DNA of 64,000 nucleotides from Bispira polyomma (taxonomy: Eukaryota), in the NCBI GenBank assembly GCA_965649765.1, contig OZ287750.1, forward strand, positions 46,314,001-46,378,000, given 5' to 3'. The notes below the pieces were generated by a model, which did no database searches, was not told where the DNA came from, and was given only the letters and a program-made list of their open reading frames with translations. A program made the translations under genes and the position numbers. Of this stretch, positions 1 through 11,300 are shown piece after piece. The first letter of the stretch is position 1. The number at the start of each line of letters is the position of its first letter.

Positions 1-1
1 A

Positions 2-2017
2 AATGACTGCCTCTCGTGTGTTTCTGAGACAAATGTACAGTTTAATGGAAGCTGTACAGAATCATGTCCAGCGACAGCCCCATATATTGAAGGAGGCGTG
101 TGTAAAGTCACCTGCCAACAAAAGAGCCATGGCTGGTACTGCGTTGACAATTGTCCCAAGGATTTGTTTACCTTTGGGCACTTGTGTGTTGATACATGTC
201 CACAATCACATCCGTATACAACAAAGGATTATGTGTGTGTTTCTCAGTGTGAGAAATACAGATACAAAAACCATTGCGTCGAAGCTTGTCCATATTTTCC
301 TATGAAGTTGGAGAATGATGGTGAATGTATATTGGAATTCACTGAGAAAAATGGAGCTAATGATACTAGTCAACTATTCTGTCCTGATGGTACCTACATG
401 GAAAGAAACAGCAGCTGTGTAAAGTGTCATTCTAGTTGTAATGGCTGCCATGGGCCAGGATCTACCCATTGTGATCAGTGCAAATTCATAATAGAATCTG
501 ACTGTGTGGATGCATGCCCTAAAAACGCACCATATTTAGATAACACAACAATTACCCCAAGGTGCCTTAGTAAATGCAATGGTACATTAAAACTAGATAT
601 AGAGAAAAATGAATGTGTCCATTATTGTAAAAACAAGGTTGAATACAATGAGACATGTGTGAATAAATGTCCAGGGAACATGGTAAGATCAAAAAAGGGA
701 TGTGTATTGCATTGCAAGGATTCTGAATATCTATTGAACTCCACATGTGTGCAATATTGTCCCAGTGGCTACCAGTATGTTATAAATCACACTTGTTCAA
801 GAAGATGTCCAAATGGAATGGTAATGATGGGCATAAATAAAACAGATGGCTGGCCAGATTACACTAAATATCATTATGTAGCCTGCCTAACATCCTGTCC
901 AGCACATTATGCAGTGGACATGAACAGATGTGTTGAAACATGTCCATTGTCACATCCAGTCGTCTATAACTGGAATTGTGTAAAAGAATGTCCAAAAGAT
1001 AATGTCTTGTCTAAGTGGTATACTTATTCCTCCCAGGATGTTGTAAGCCGGGATGACTCAAATTACCATTGTCTGCCAGCTTGTTTGAAGGGTTATATGG
1101 TAAATCCTGAAAATTCAGAGTGCATTTTCCAGTGCCCGGCTAACTTTTCTTTTGTGTACAATCACAGTTGTGTCAGTGTATGCCCAAATGCTACCTTTAT
1201 TAACAGAAGAATTTTTGATACTGATTCAAATCCAAGCGAAGTTGTCATTTCAGAATGCATGGGGTCCTGCCCAACTGCTAATAAACACTCAAGTAAAGAC
1301 TGCATTATATCTTCCTGTCCAGATGGTTTTAACTCCATTGTTTTGAGTGATGTCAGTAACATATGTGAGTTGAATTGTCCTTCCATTCAAAGTAAACATA
1401 AAACAACCTGCTTAACCAAGTGCCTTAACTCTACAGTATATCATCTAAATCAAGTCAAACAGACAATATCTTGTCACAGCCCTTGCCCAAGTAGAAGATA
1501 TGTAGATATAAGGTCTACTTCGTTTTCTTGTGAGAGTGACTGTTCAGGTTATATATATAACGGCCAATGCATTGACAAATGTCCATCAAATTTCCCCTTT
1601 CTTTGCAAATATGACAATACTTGTTATAATAAATGTCCAAATGACTTGTATGTGAATCAGAGTCAGTATAGAGACTTCATCAGCAGATTTCCTGATAATT
1701 CTGGTCACAAAAAATTGAAAGCTTCGCATAACAGCCCTGTATTTAGTTGTACTGAAAGTTATGACTGTCCATCTGAATTTAAAACTATTCCTGTGGACAA
1801 TGCAAATATTTGCATTAATGAATGTCCAAAGGAGTATCCTTATGTGCAAGATAATTTTTGCTTTAAGCATATTCCTGTTACTCTGAATCATGTATTGCTG
1901 TATTTTGTATCATTTTTGCTATATCTTCCAATAGTAGGGTACAATATCAAAAGGTGTAGAGTCAGAAAGCGTCTGAAAAGGCGTAGACAGGAAATGCAGG
2001 TCACCAAGCTTGACTAA
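2..2017 (+). CDS. Cysteine-rich furin-like (FU)-repeat type I membrane protein, PCSK5-like Cys-rich region; 5' part lies outside the window
   Basis: The frame is open from base 2 (NDCLSCVSETNVQFNGSCTESCPATAPY...) to TAA at 2015-2017. It contains many CxxxCP repeats and a furin-like motif (CVKCHSSCNGCHGPGSTHCDQC), many N-x-S/T sequons, and a hydrophobic segment (VLLYFVSFLLYLPIVGY) followed by a basic stop-transfer stretch (KRCRVRKRLKRRR). No protease domain is visible, so orthology to PCSK5 is not claimed. Confidence 0.85.
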   Translation, partial: NDCLSCVSETNVQFNGSCTESCPATAPYIEGGVCKVTCQQKSHGWYCVDNCPKDLFTFGHLCVDTCPQSHPYTTKDYVCVSQCEKYRYKNHCVEACPYFPMKLENDGECILEFTEKNGANDTSQLFCPDGTYMERNSSCVKCHSSCNGCHGPGSTHCDQCKFIIESDCVDACPKNAPYLDNTTITPRCLSKCNGTLKLDIEKNECVHYCKNKVEYNETCVNKCPGNMVRSKKGCVLHCKDSEYLLNSTCVQYCPSGYQYVINHTCSRRCPNGMVMMGINKTDGWPDYTKYHYVACLTSCPAHYAVDMNRCVETCPLSHPVVYNWNCVKECPKDNVLSKWYTYSSQDVVSRDDSNYHCLPACLKGYMVNPENSECIFQCPANFSFVYNHSCVSVCPNATFINRRIFDTDSNPSEVVISECMGSCPTANKHSSKDCIISSCPDGFNSIVLSDVSNICELNCPSIQSKHKTTCLTKCLNSTVYHLNQVKQTISCHSPCPSRRYVDIRSTSFSCESDCSGYIYNGQCIDKCPSNFPFLCKYDNTCYNKCPNDLYVNQSQYRDFISRFPDNSGHKKLKASHNSPVFSCTESYDCPSEFKTIPVDNANICINECPKEYPYVQDNFCFKHIPVTLNHVLLYFVSFLLYLPIVGYNIKRCRVRKRLKRRRQEMQVTKLD

Positions 2018-5000
2018 CGCCCTGGTCCCACCGGATGTACATTAGGTTAGGTTAGTCACGCAAGGGCCGTGTAAATAATTGCTGCAAAAGTTGATAGAAA
2101 CCCCAAATATATTGCTTTTCTTCACGTGAAAGGCGTCAACAGACATTGAAATTCATGTATTAGTATGACAAAAGCTGTTAAGTCTCGCAGGGGATGCATA
2201 AATTCACGTCAAAGTACATATTTGAACCCGCCAATACACGTAAAAGGACATCATAATGACGCACATTTACACACTGTGACGCATATCCACGTTTCAGTAC
2301 GTCATACATTTGCATCTCTTGCGTGTCCAAATTTCAAACGATTTAAAATTATAAATTTCTTGCATCTCATCTCTCACGCCAGGCTATGTATGTTTATGTA
2401 TATTATGTTAACTCCTGCATACTCCATGCAAACTCTACGTAAGGCACTTAAGTTATTAATTCAAGCATAATAGAATAACCCGTGTATAACAACCAACCTG
2501 TATAAAGCAGCTCACTTCTCTGTAAAGGCCATTTTCTTAACTGCCTTGCCCATTCATTGATTTTGTTGAACTTTAAACCATTATTAATCTTACTTTGACC
2601 TATGTGTTGGATTTGATGTGATTTATTTTGTCAGTGCGCAACAGAAACTAACATTTTGACACTATAACAATACCTTTTGTGAGTAAAATTTTGACAAGTG
2701 TGAAAGAAATCCTTTTTTAATATTTATTCTTGTAATATATAAGCACTATTTTAGATATATTGGTTTCACATAATATTTTTTGAGGCAAACAGTTACAGTT
2801 CTGATATGTTAAAGCACTGAGAAATTTTAACATGCTTGTATAGAAGCGTGTCGGTAATTTTAGAAATACACCTGTTTGGGTGACTAATTTGATTCTTGTT
2901 TCATTTCATTTGATACGATTCTCAAATCAACAAATGGAGTGGTGTGTTATATAGTGCTGCCCATTTAAAACAAGGGTAATAGTGAATTAGTGTAGCAATA
3001 TTCTATATCTGTTATGTTGTAAAACGATTTAGTGTTATACCATAATTATCATTATTTGTATTACATCAATCACACATTGTGTTGGTTAAGTGTGTAAACT
3101 TGTTGTATAAAACATTTGTAATGTGATGAAAATTGTAAATAAACATTACTAATCATGAACTACATACGTGTTTATCTACCTGACCTTCATTGTCGTATTT
3201 ACCTGACCATGTTGTAGCTTCAGTCAGAGGATCTATCTGTTCATGTTGACCTGGGCCTGTCGCCTGAGGGCTTGTAATACGCACAGGAGGTCAAATTTAG
3301 TTGTTCAAATACCACGATCATACTTTATTTTTAGGATTTCAGAAATATAAGTTGATCATCTGTATAATTTTAATTTGTGCTGTTTATGATGTCTATGACA
3401 GGAGAGTATCAGTGGCTGTATCTTCCTATACTACTTCGGAAGTGCATCTTGTGTACTACTTTATACATGAGCTTCCTGTTTAAATACAAATATACCTTAT
3501 GGATACAGATGTCCAATGGTGTAACCTCAGTTTCACATTTGACATTGGAGAGTTGTAACCTCAGTCGGGACTTGTGCTATTTGGTATATATGTACTCTCA
3601 GGTGTAATGTGTTCCGGACTTTGGACCTGTGACAAAAAAGGTAATTGGGATTAAGGATTTTGTATTTGAATTTATACTCGGCTCATTTATCTACCTGCTT
3701 GTATACAAAGTGATAATTAACCTTTACTTGGCTGCTGGAGTACAGCCAACCAGAACTAATAACTGTCATTCCCCTAATCCCAGTCATTCCTATATTCATA
3801 CCCCCCCCCCTCACCGCCCCGCCCCCCTAAAACCAAAGGGAATGCCTTTTTGTGGCCTCCTATTTTCTGTGAGAGAGAAAGAAAAAACTACACAAAATTA
3901 CTTTAGACATACACACCAAGGATTTCCTAGAATATTTATTTGCATGTTTTATTTTCCACTTGACATAACTTACAATTCAACTTACATGATAACATAAAAC
4001 TGATCTACAATAAAACCTGTGTAAAATAAAAAGCTTCACAAAATTACACTAAGTATACCAACCGTAGATTGACCTCTCTAATTTGTATGATTTCTGTTAT
4101 CAAAACTGCTATTATGCAAATATTTGATTTGTGAACCAGTAGGATTTATAAAACCAATATAATAACAAAACAAGCTTCACAACTTGCACTTTTTAACTAA
4201 TTATACAAGCCGAATCTGAACCTTTTTGCTTCCAAGGTGTTTGGATAATAGAAGTTTTCCCCTCTTCACAGGTATCCAATAACTATGTCACAATTTTGAG
4301 AATCATATTTCTAAGAAACACAAATCTTGGAACATTGAAATGGATTGCATACATTTTCGTAGATTACTGTAATTTGTACAGTCAAATGGATACTAATACC
4401 AAGGCTAATAACCTAATTTAATGCAATCCTGACTACAAAAAAAATACAACCACATAAACAATCAATTACATAAAACAAGGTACAACAGATTAACAGTTGT
4501 ATTCTGGCTATATCGTATTTGATCATTATTTAATTCATCAAAGTATCATATTTATTTCAAGATCTCACATTTTTACAAACTGGGTAATTTATTAAAGTCA
4601 TTTATAATTTATTAAATAAAACAAGCATATACGTGGGATTTTGAAAAACCAGTATTTTAAATCATAGATGAGCCTTGGAGTGATTTTACTATTTCCGGCT
4701 TCCTGGTTACAGAGTATTTAAGGTAGAAACGAAAATAATGGATAGGGCTGCATCTAAAATTTCATAAAAGTAGTAAACATTTATAACTTTGGTGAATATT
4801 CACAGATATTAAAGGTGAATGACTACCTAGCAATTTCAGATATCTCAAAAAATCAACAGTTCAGACCTGTTTTCATTAATACTGAAATGTCAGGCTAAGA
4901 TTGATGTTTATTTTAATATATGATTTGTAGGGCCAGCACTTCGCCGGACTTTAGTATAGCCCAAAAAGCTATAAGATAATGTATAGCAAAATAAATAGTG

Positions 5001-6343
5001 GTCTCACTCCAATTGCCTTACTTTTACAGCTCTAATTGTTGTTTAGGGAACTGGAGTCTCAGGCAAGTCTGTGCACACATATGCATTATTAGGACAACTA
5101 CAGAAATATTTTTTTCATAAAAATCATGTAGAATGAGGTCTTACGAAATATTTTATCAAGAGCCATCAATAAACAAATGCAGTAAAATGAGTTGCTATTT
5201 CCTGTTTTTATGCCCTGGATATATATACATAACTTAACAAGAATTGTAATAAAAATGTCATGGATATATTTGCAAAGAAATATATGAGTGTGTACAGTTG
5301 GTAGGCGGGTGGACCCCAGATGTGACACATGTCAACAGTCTGCAAGGTCTGCACAAACTGTGAAGATTTGTTGATTTTTTGGTTTTGTTTTGTTTTTTTT
5401 GCTTATTCATCATAATATACATGAAAAGTAGTCGTCGTTGGTATGATACTACTACTATTTTTTATAAATAGTAGTAGTATTAATGATAGATAAAGATATT
5501 GTATCATCATTTTTTTTTTTTTTTTTTTAAATAGTAGTAGTATTAATGATAGTGGAAATAACTCGGTCAGTGTATGTATTTTTCAGATTTATGGTCTTAA
5601 ATCAAACCACATGGTTACATCCACAGATATAAATACACCAACTCTGAAATATGTTTTCTTGGTGACGTGTCATGTTATCTGTTATATTGAAATATTTTTC
5701 AACTCTTTTGATTGCATTGAGATCAAGAAAGCCACGTCGCAAATTGTGCAGTGATATATGTGAATTTATTTAGCTGTAAAAAAAGCATTACATTTCCAAA
5801 GGTTGCACTGTCGTCAATTTTTAAATTTCAAACAACCGTATCACATTTACAGAAATTACCCCATACATTATTTCTTGGTGGTGTGTCATTTGTGTTTTTC
5901 TTATTTGTGAGGTTGTAAATATCCCACTCTTAGAATTAGGCTCTAAATCATTAGTATTGTTACTATTCCAATTGAATATGTCCCAACCGAATACGGTTAC
6001 TGGTAGACCTTTAACACAACAAAAAATGCTTTATAAAATATGATAATGATTTGTTTAAACAAATGCAATCAAATGAACAAGCAAAATATTCAAATCTTCT
6101 GAAGAATAATCTGTACCAGGATTTCACTTAACCATAGTTTCCCTGTGTAATAGATATTTTTATTACATTTCGAAAGGTCTTTGTCCTCGGACAATGATTT
6201 TGAACCATGGAAAAGATCGTTAGAGTTTAGAGTCCCACATTGTGCAGAGATAAAAAAAGACTAGAATAGAATAAACAAACATATAATATCTTAGGCAACC
6301 AATTATTTTGGCTTTGTTTTCTAATGCTACATTACTATGACAT

Positions 6344-8077
6344 TTACTGGGATGTATGACAGGTATTGTCATAAAACATATGGCAGTATGACTTTGGCCT
6401 TAGTATCAAATCTTTAAGTGCCTCCAGTTCCTTCCAAACAGCAGAGCCTTCACCATGTACAGGAGCAATGGGGTACCTTTGCCGTAAGATGCCCACACCT
6501 GGGATATTTGGCAGGAACACTCTGTGGCCGGATGCCACCATCTTTCTGGGTTTGCCCCTCTTGTCCAACACATAGGTGATGTCGCCATTCGGACTGGAGG
6601 TATCCGCTGGGTCGGGATTAACTTCAGAGCCAGAGAAAAGCCAACTGGGCGTCTGAAAGAACGTCTTGCTGTTGCTACCATTGTACGGTCTGTTGACTGC
6701 ACCATTCTGGCCATTTGCTGAAACTGTTTTACCCTCAGGAGATGCAGCACTACCTTTGTAAGTGATATCAAATGGGTTCCACTTGGACAAGGGGGTGAGG
6801 TATATTATCTCTAAAGGAAAAGCATATGTCCACCTTTGAGTGTTCTTCTCGCATTCTCCACTTGGTTTTGGACACTTTTCAAAGTCCATGCCAATAACCT
6901 TTTTTTGTGAGGTACTGGCCATAAAGACATTCTGATCGGAAAAGCCCCGTCTCTGAATTATGCGACCGCTTGCATCCCGGTTGCGTAGAAGATATTTTCT
7001 GTGATAAAATGCTGTGTTTAGAGGTGATTTAGTCACCGGATCTAAAGCTAATCCTGCTAAACCACCGTCTCTGAGATATCCACCGTAGTTATCTTTACCT
7101 GGAATTTCACGCATGAGATGTTCAAGAAGGTCTGTATTGTGCTTCCTGTCAAGGAACTTGTCAGAATCAACTGGATTTAGGGTAAAGCGAGCCGCCCGCG
7201 TTTGTGCATGGCCCTCCAGTGTCGATCCTGACACCATTCTGGATTTCAAATCATCCACCACACGCAAACGATTCAGTGGTAAATCTCTTTGCAGTGGATG
7301 ACACATTATTCTGTAGGTCCACTGAGCAAATTCGAGACCGTTAACACTGCTGATATTGATGAGTACCTTAGGGAGATAGGCCAAATTTTCGCCCGGATGC
7401 TTCCCACCAGAATATGACAAAAACCGGATGCGTTCTTCCAAATCTCTCCAGTATTTGGCATCAATAAAGTGTCGATCACTATCAAAGTCTTCTACCTCTT
7501 TTGGAGCTTTGATCCAGGCCCCTTCCAGGTAGCATAATACAGGTTTAAAGTATGGCCTATAATCCCGGACTGTGTAGTTCTGATTCTTCCATGCCTTAAA
7601 CCACTGCCTCATCTCTTTCACTTGAGCCTTAATGCTCTCCTGACTGACGACACTTGGTGGAACAGGTGGGAAGTCTATAAACTTAGATGCATGGTAATAA
7701 TGGCTGCTAGTTGATGGCATTTTAAGGAGATAGTCATTATGTCTCGTTCGAAACTCCACTCCATTTAGCACTGCGACAGTTTCTCCCATCCCAATGGTCC
7801 GGATGCTGTTGGCATGATCATGGATAGCAGCAAAACTATATCCAGTATGGCTCGGACTGTGGTAAGGACGACTTCCCTCACTTGTGTAACGTAGTTGCTT
7901 AATACCCGAATCTCCACTTGTGCGGGATTGTTCTTCTATGTAGAACTGCTGTGAGATCATCTGCCTGGCCAGGGTTAAGACGTCATCCTGAGTGATATTC
8001 AGAGGTGGAGAGCTAAGTACCAGTAGAGGAGGTAATGTGTGGAATGTCAGGAACAGGCAGCATAATGAAGTCAGACT
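6344..8077 (-). CDS. Uncharacterised, probably secreted protein (~580-590 aa), main coding exon
   Basis: The 538 aa ORF extends stop-free upstream of the listed Met to 8077 (SLTSLCCLFLTFHTLPPLLVLSSPPLNITQDDVLTLARQ), which looks like a signal peptide. It is preceded by a splice acceptor (tcttttacctatgacag). The composition is globular, with motif-like blocks IHDH, GMGE, VLNGVEFRTRHNDY, PVLCYLEGAW, SDRH and PLEIIYLTPLSKWNP. Confidence 0.85.
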   Translation of the reverse strand, partial: SLTSLCCLFLTFHTLPPLLVLSSPPLNITQDDVLTLARQMISQQFYIEEQSRTSGDSGIKQLRYTSEGSRPYHSPSHTGYSFAAIHDHANSIRTIGMGETVAVLNGVEFRTRHNDYLLKMPSTSSHYYHASKFIDFPPVPPSVVSQESIKAQVKEMRQWFKAWKNQNYTVRDYRPYFKPVLCYLEGAWIKAPKEVEDFDSDRHFIDAKYWRDLEERIRFLSYSGGKHPGENLAYLPKVLINISSVNGLEFAQWTYRIMCHPLQRDLPLNRLRVVDDLKSRMVSGSTLEGHAQTRAARFTLNPVDSDKFLDRKHNTDLLEHLMREIPGKDNYGGYLRDGGLAGLALDPVTKSPLNTAFYHRKYLLRNRDASGRIIQRRGFSDQNVFMASTSQKKVIGMDFEKCPKPSGECEKNTQRWTYAFPLEIIYLTPLSKWNPFDITYKGSAASPEGKTVSANGQNGAVNRPYNGSNSKTFFQTPSWLFSGSEVNPDPADTSSPNGDITYVLDKRGKPRKMVASGHRVFLPNIPGVGILRQRYPIAPVHGEGSAVWKELEALKDLILRPKSYCHMFYDNTCHTSQ

Positions 8078-8193
8078 CTGTCATAGGTAAAAGATACAGG
8101 AGTTTTAGTTTGTATCTTGATGCATGATACCACTGGCTCGTAGATTAAAATATCTCTCTTTACTTTGTAGCATTATTATCACTTGTTGCATAC

Positions 8194-8229
8194 ATTTTTA
8201 ACATCTTCAGTTTTTATTTGTTGAGACAT
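8194..8229 (-). CDS. Candidate first coding mini-exon of the uncharacterised secreted protein (MSQQIKTEDVKN)
   Basis: ATG at 8229-8227, 12 codons, then donor GTATGC at 8193. Phase 0 matches the acceptor at 8079-8078. A TATAAA lies upstream at 8314-8309 with a TTAGTC initiator-like motif about 30 nt downstream. Speculative model. Confidence 0.35.
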
Positions 8230-9096
8230 GACCTATGGTAAAACTGAATATTATCCTGAGAGTGTAACCGTTTTGTGTGACTAAAGTTGCAAGTCACACA
8301 TACCCGCCTTTATAAGTGATATATAGTATCCAAGCCCATTACTAAAAATTGTTAAATTTATCAGATTTTCTTCATTATAATTCTGTTTATAGTAAAAAAT
8401 CTTTCAAATAGATGCTTATTTATCTTTATTGCAGGCTACACAATATGTAACAACTACTTGCTGCAATCACATGTGATATACCCCTTCAATAAAAAATTAA
8501 TATACGAGTATTGTTTATAGATTACAAAGAGATACATAAAACAACTCAAACTGCAACTACACTGTGTGGTTAGAACCTATAAACCTTCACTAATGAATTT
8601 AAAATGTTATCATTAAAAAATTACTATTATGCTAATGCCAATGCTTATTTTTCATGCCTTAGTAAAATCCATTTCCTCATTGTAAAATAAATAAATAAAT
8701 AGAATTAATCCATATCTACTCACATAGTTCATCCTTCAGTTGATGTATATCCCAGAACTCAAATATATGGTACACAGGGTTTAATCTGGTGCAACCTTGT
8801 GGCTCTATTTCAAACAACTGAAGAGCTAAAAGTGTAGAACGGCCTATAAATATCACTGATCAGACATGTACACCAGGACTGAAGAGTTGCACCAGTCCAA
8901 ATGATGGCGATGATGATGATGCTGTTTGTTTTTGTTTACTTTAAGAACAGTTAGGTTAAACAAGAGCCTTTGATGACCTCGCTTTTACGGGAGTTATTAT
9001 TTAGTGTTATTTCTGACTTCCTATGGCTACAGCTGTGTCAATTAGGTGGGTGTTAACACTATTTTATATATATAGCCTTTCCCTGGCTTTATTTTT

Positions 9097-9370
9097 GCGT
9101 GGCCTTGTGAGTATGGAGTTGGTTTTGTGACCAGAAGGTCACCAGTTCTACTACCGGTTAGAGGAGTAGTTTTGGTGATCAAAAGGGTCTCCGGATCGGC
9201 TCCTGGTAATGTTGTTACGTTCATGGGGGGAAAGCATCTTTGAGCAAGATAATCTTTGGACATGTAATGCCATACTGGCGATGACCGAAGGTATGTTGTA
9301 TGAATATCTCTTTTTGAAGACAAAGTGAATTTGAGGATGCAATTGTGTGCTGTATAAATGCTTCAAAAAT
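9097..9370 (+). mobile_element. Degenerate tRNA-derived SINE with an apparently duplicated head
   Basis: Two consecutive tRNA-like segments (ggagttggttttgtgaccagaaggtcaccagttc and ggagtagttttggtgatcaaaagggtctccggatc), then ctttgagcaag. Boundaries approximate. Confidence 0.35.
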
Positions 9371-11039
9371 GATAACAATTGTTTGTTTTTTTTATTTTGA
9401 CAATAGAAGGTTTCTTAATGAATAAGTAGTAAACAGACATTGAACTTAACCATCTTATGGCCATTTTCATAAGCAATATGAAATAGCAAAACAAAATTAA
9501 CATTAGAAAAAAAAAAAAGAAGATATCTGTAATTGTCGTAAATGAGGGGATTATGTCTCAGAGCTTGCTCTGAACTATGAAAATCAAAAAATGTACCCAA
9601 TGTACTTAAGCTAAGGATCCTTTACTGCGCAATGCCTGGCACGTATACTGATATGTATTGAAATTCTATGATCCGCATAAGTTTTGGCTGGCTCCTTTAA
9701 CACATATACTGGTCCGGATTTATTGTGTTTTGGAGGAGATTAGATTCATATAAAACATTTTATATGTGTGTGTGCATAAATGTATATATCTGTATTTCTT
9801 TTAACAGACTAGGAATAAACATTTAGAACTTCCTGGATACTTTCCCACACATTATTTATCATAACGATATCTCCGTAGTCTGCAAGTGTAGGTTTCATAC
9901 AGCATTGGATGTTCAGTGTCAAATGTTGTTTTTTGTTTTTTTTTTTGTATTTCTCTAGGCATTTATTTTACTTCTTTGTCCTACAGTACTTACCTAAAAT
10001 TTATAAATAATATCTAAACCTGGGGAGAAAAAAAAAACTCAAAATAATGTGATTCGTGATCCGTATAGCTAACGTATTCGAAAAAAATCAAAAATGGATT
10101 GTATCGGTAGCTTTTTCCATGCATTTGGAATAAAGCAGTCTCAATTTCAGTCGAATCAGAGAATTCAAACATTTATTATCTAGATGTGTGCACGATTATA
10201 GACTCTTTAGCCTTAGAAAGATTGGCGTAGCTTTGGCGTAGTTTTTATCCTGGCACAAAGCTTTAGACAAACCTATTAGACCTCTTTGGTTTAAATGGTC
10301 ACATTTCCATCAGGATTATTGTTATTTATCTTTGATGGCCAGTCTTTGTGATACTATACATACACAAATTCTTCAGTGTTTTTGAAAACAGTTGGCAAAC
10401 ACATGGCTATTTTATCAAAGGAATAAATTATGTATAATTATACAAGGCACGTTAGCCCTCAATCATTATATTCTACTTAAAATATAACCAAACCATCTTT
10501 TCATATGTGTATTAATGGTATTAAGTTCCTATCATATGAACCAATGTCGGCAGACACCATTCACTAAAGAATTTTGAAGAGTCACTACCAAATTCTATAG
10601 TGGATATAATGTAGTGGATATACTTTATATAAAACAAGACATATATGTCACATAGGTGAAAAAATGCACGACGGTGTAGTGATAATTTGTTTGTGGTTGC
10701 CTCCATTGTTTTTGTGCAGTCACGATCAAAAGGGCCTTCGAACACCATCTTGAGACAGTACGGCAACATCCAGGAGACACAAATCAATCAGCAATGACAA
10801 TAAAGTGAGACAGCATTGAGACAAGGGTAGGACAATGCTAAAACAAATGGCGATTTTTAGTTGTTGCATGACAGCGATAAGACAGATCACTGTGAGACAT
10901 ATATGTGATTTCTGAAGACATCAAGGAGACAATGGGAAGAACATATTGTGATGAAACAACATTTAAGATAGCGACTTGTCACCCAGCCAATTTTCCTATG
11001 AGGTTTTTGGCATTTATTACAAGGATGACTAAAATTATT

Positions 11040-11300
11040 CTAGACTCTGGGTATTTATAAAGCGTATATATCTACCTTTATCTGGTATTCAGATAACTAC
11101 TGAACTCTTTTCTTTACTGCCCACAGCCAACCAGCATTGGTTACCATCATTCCCCTGACTAAAGAGACAGAATTGAGGATGGCCACTGGGGAATGAAACC
11201 AGGGACCTCCCTATCTCGATACCAATCCTCTTAACCAGGAATAGAAACAGAGGGCTTTTTATCACCAGACCGACTCCCTATCCACTAGGCCATGGGAGAC
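11040..11300 (-). mobile_element. Degenerate tRNA-derived SINE
   Basis: The minus strand reads catggcctagtggatagggagtc and tggttaagaggattgg...aggtccctggtttcattcccc (A-box- and B-box-like). Boundaries approximate. Confidence 0.4.

Noticed and set aside
2042-2055. Telomeric TTAGG repeat
   Set aside because: Fewer than three units; not significant.
4809-6014. Possible TTAA-flanked element (ttaaaggt ... acctttaa)
   Set aside because: The inverted match is only 8 bp.
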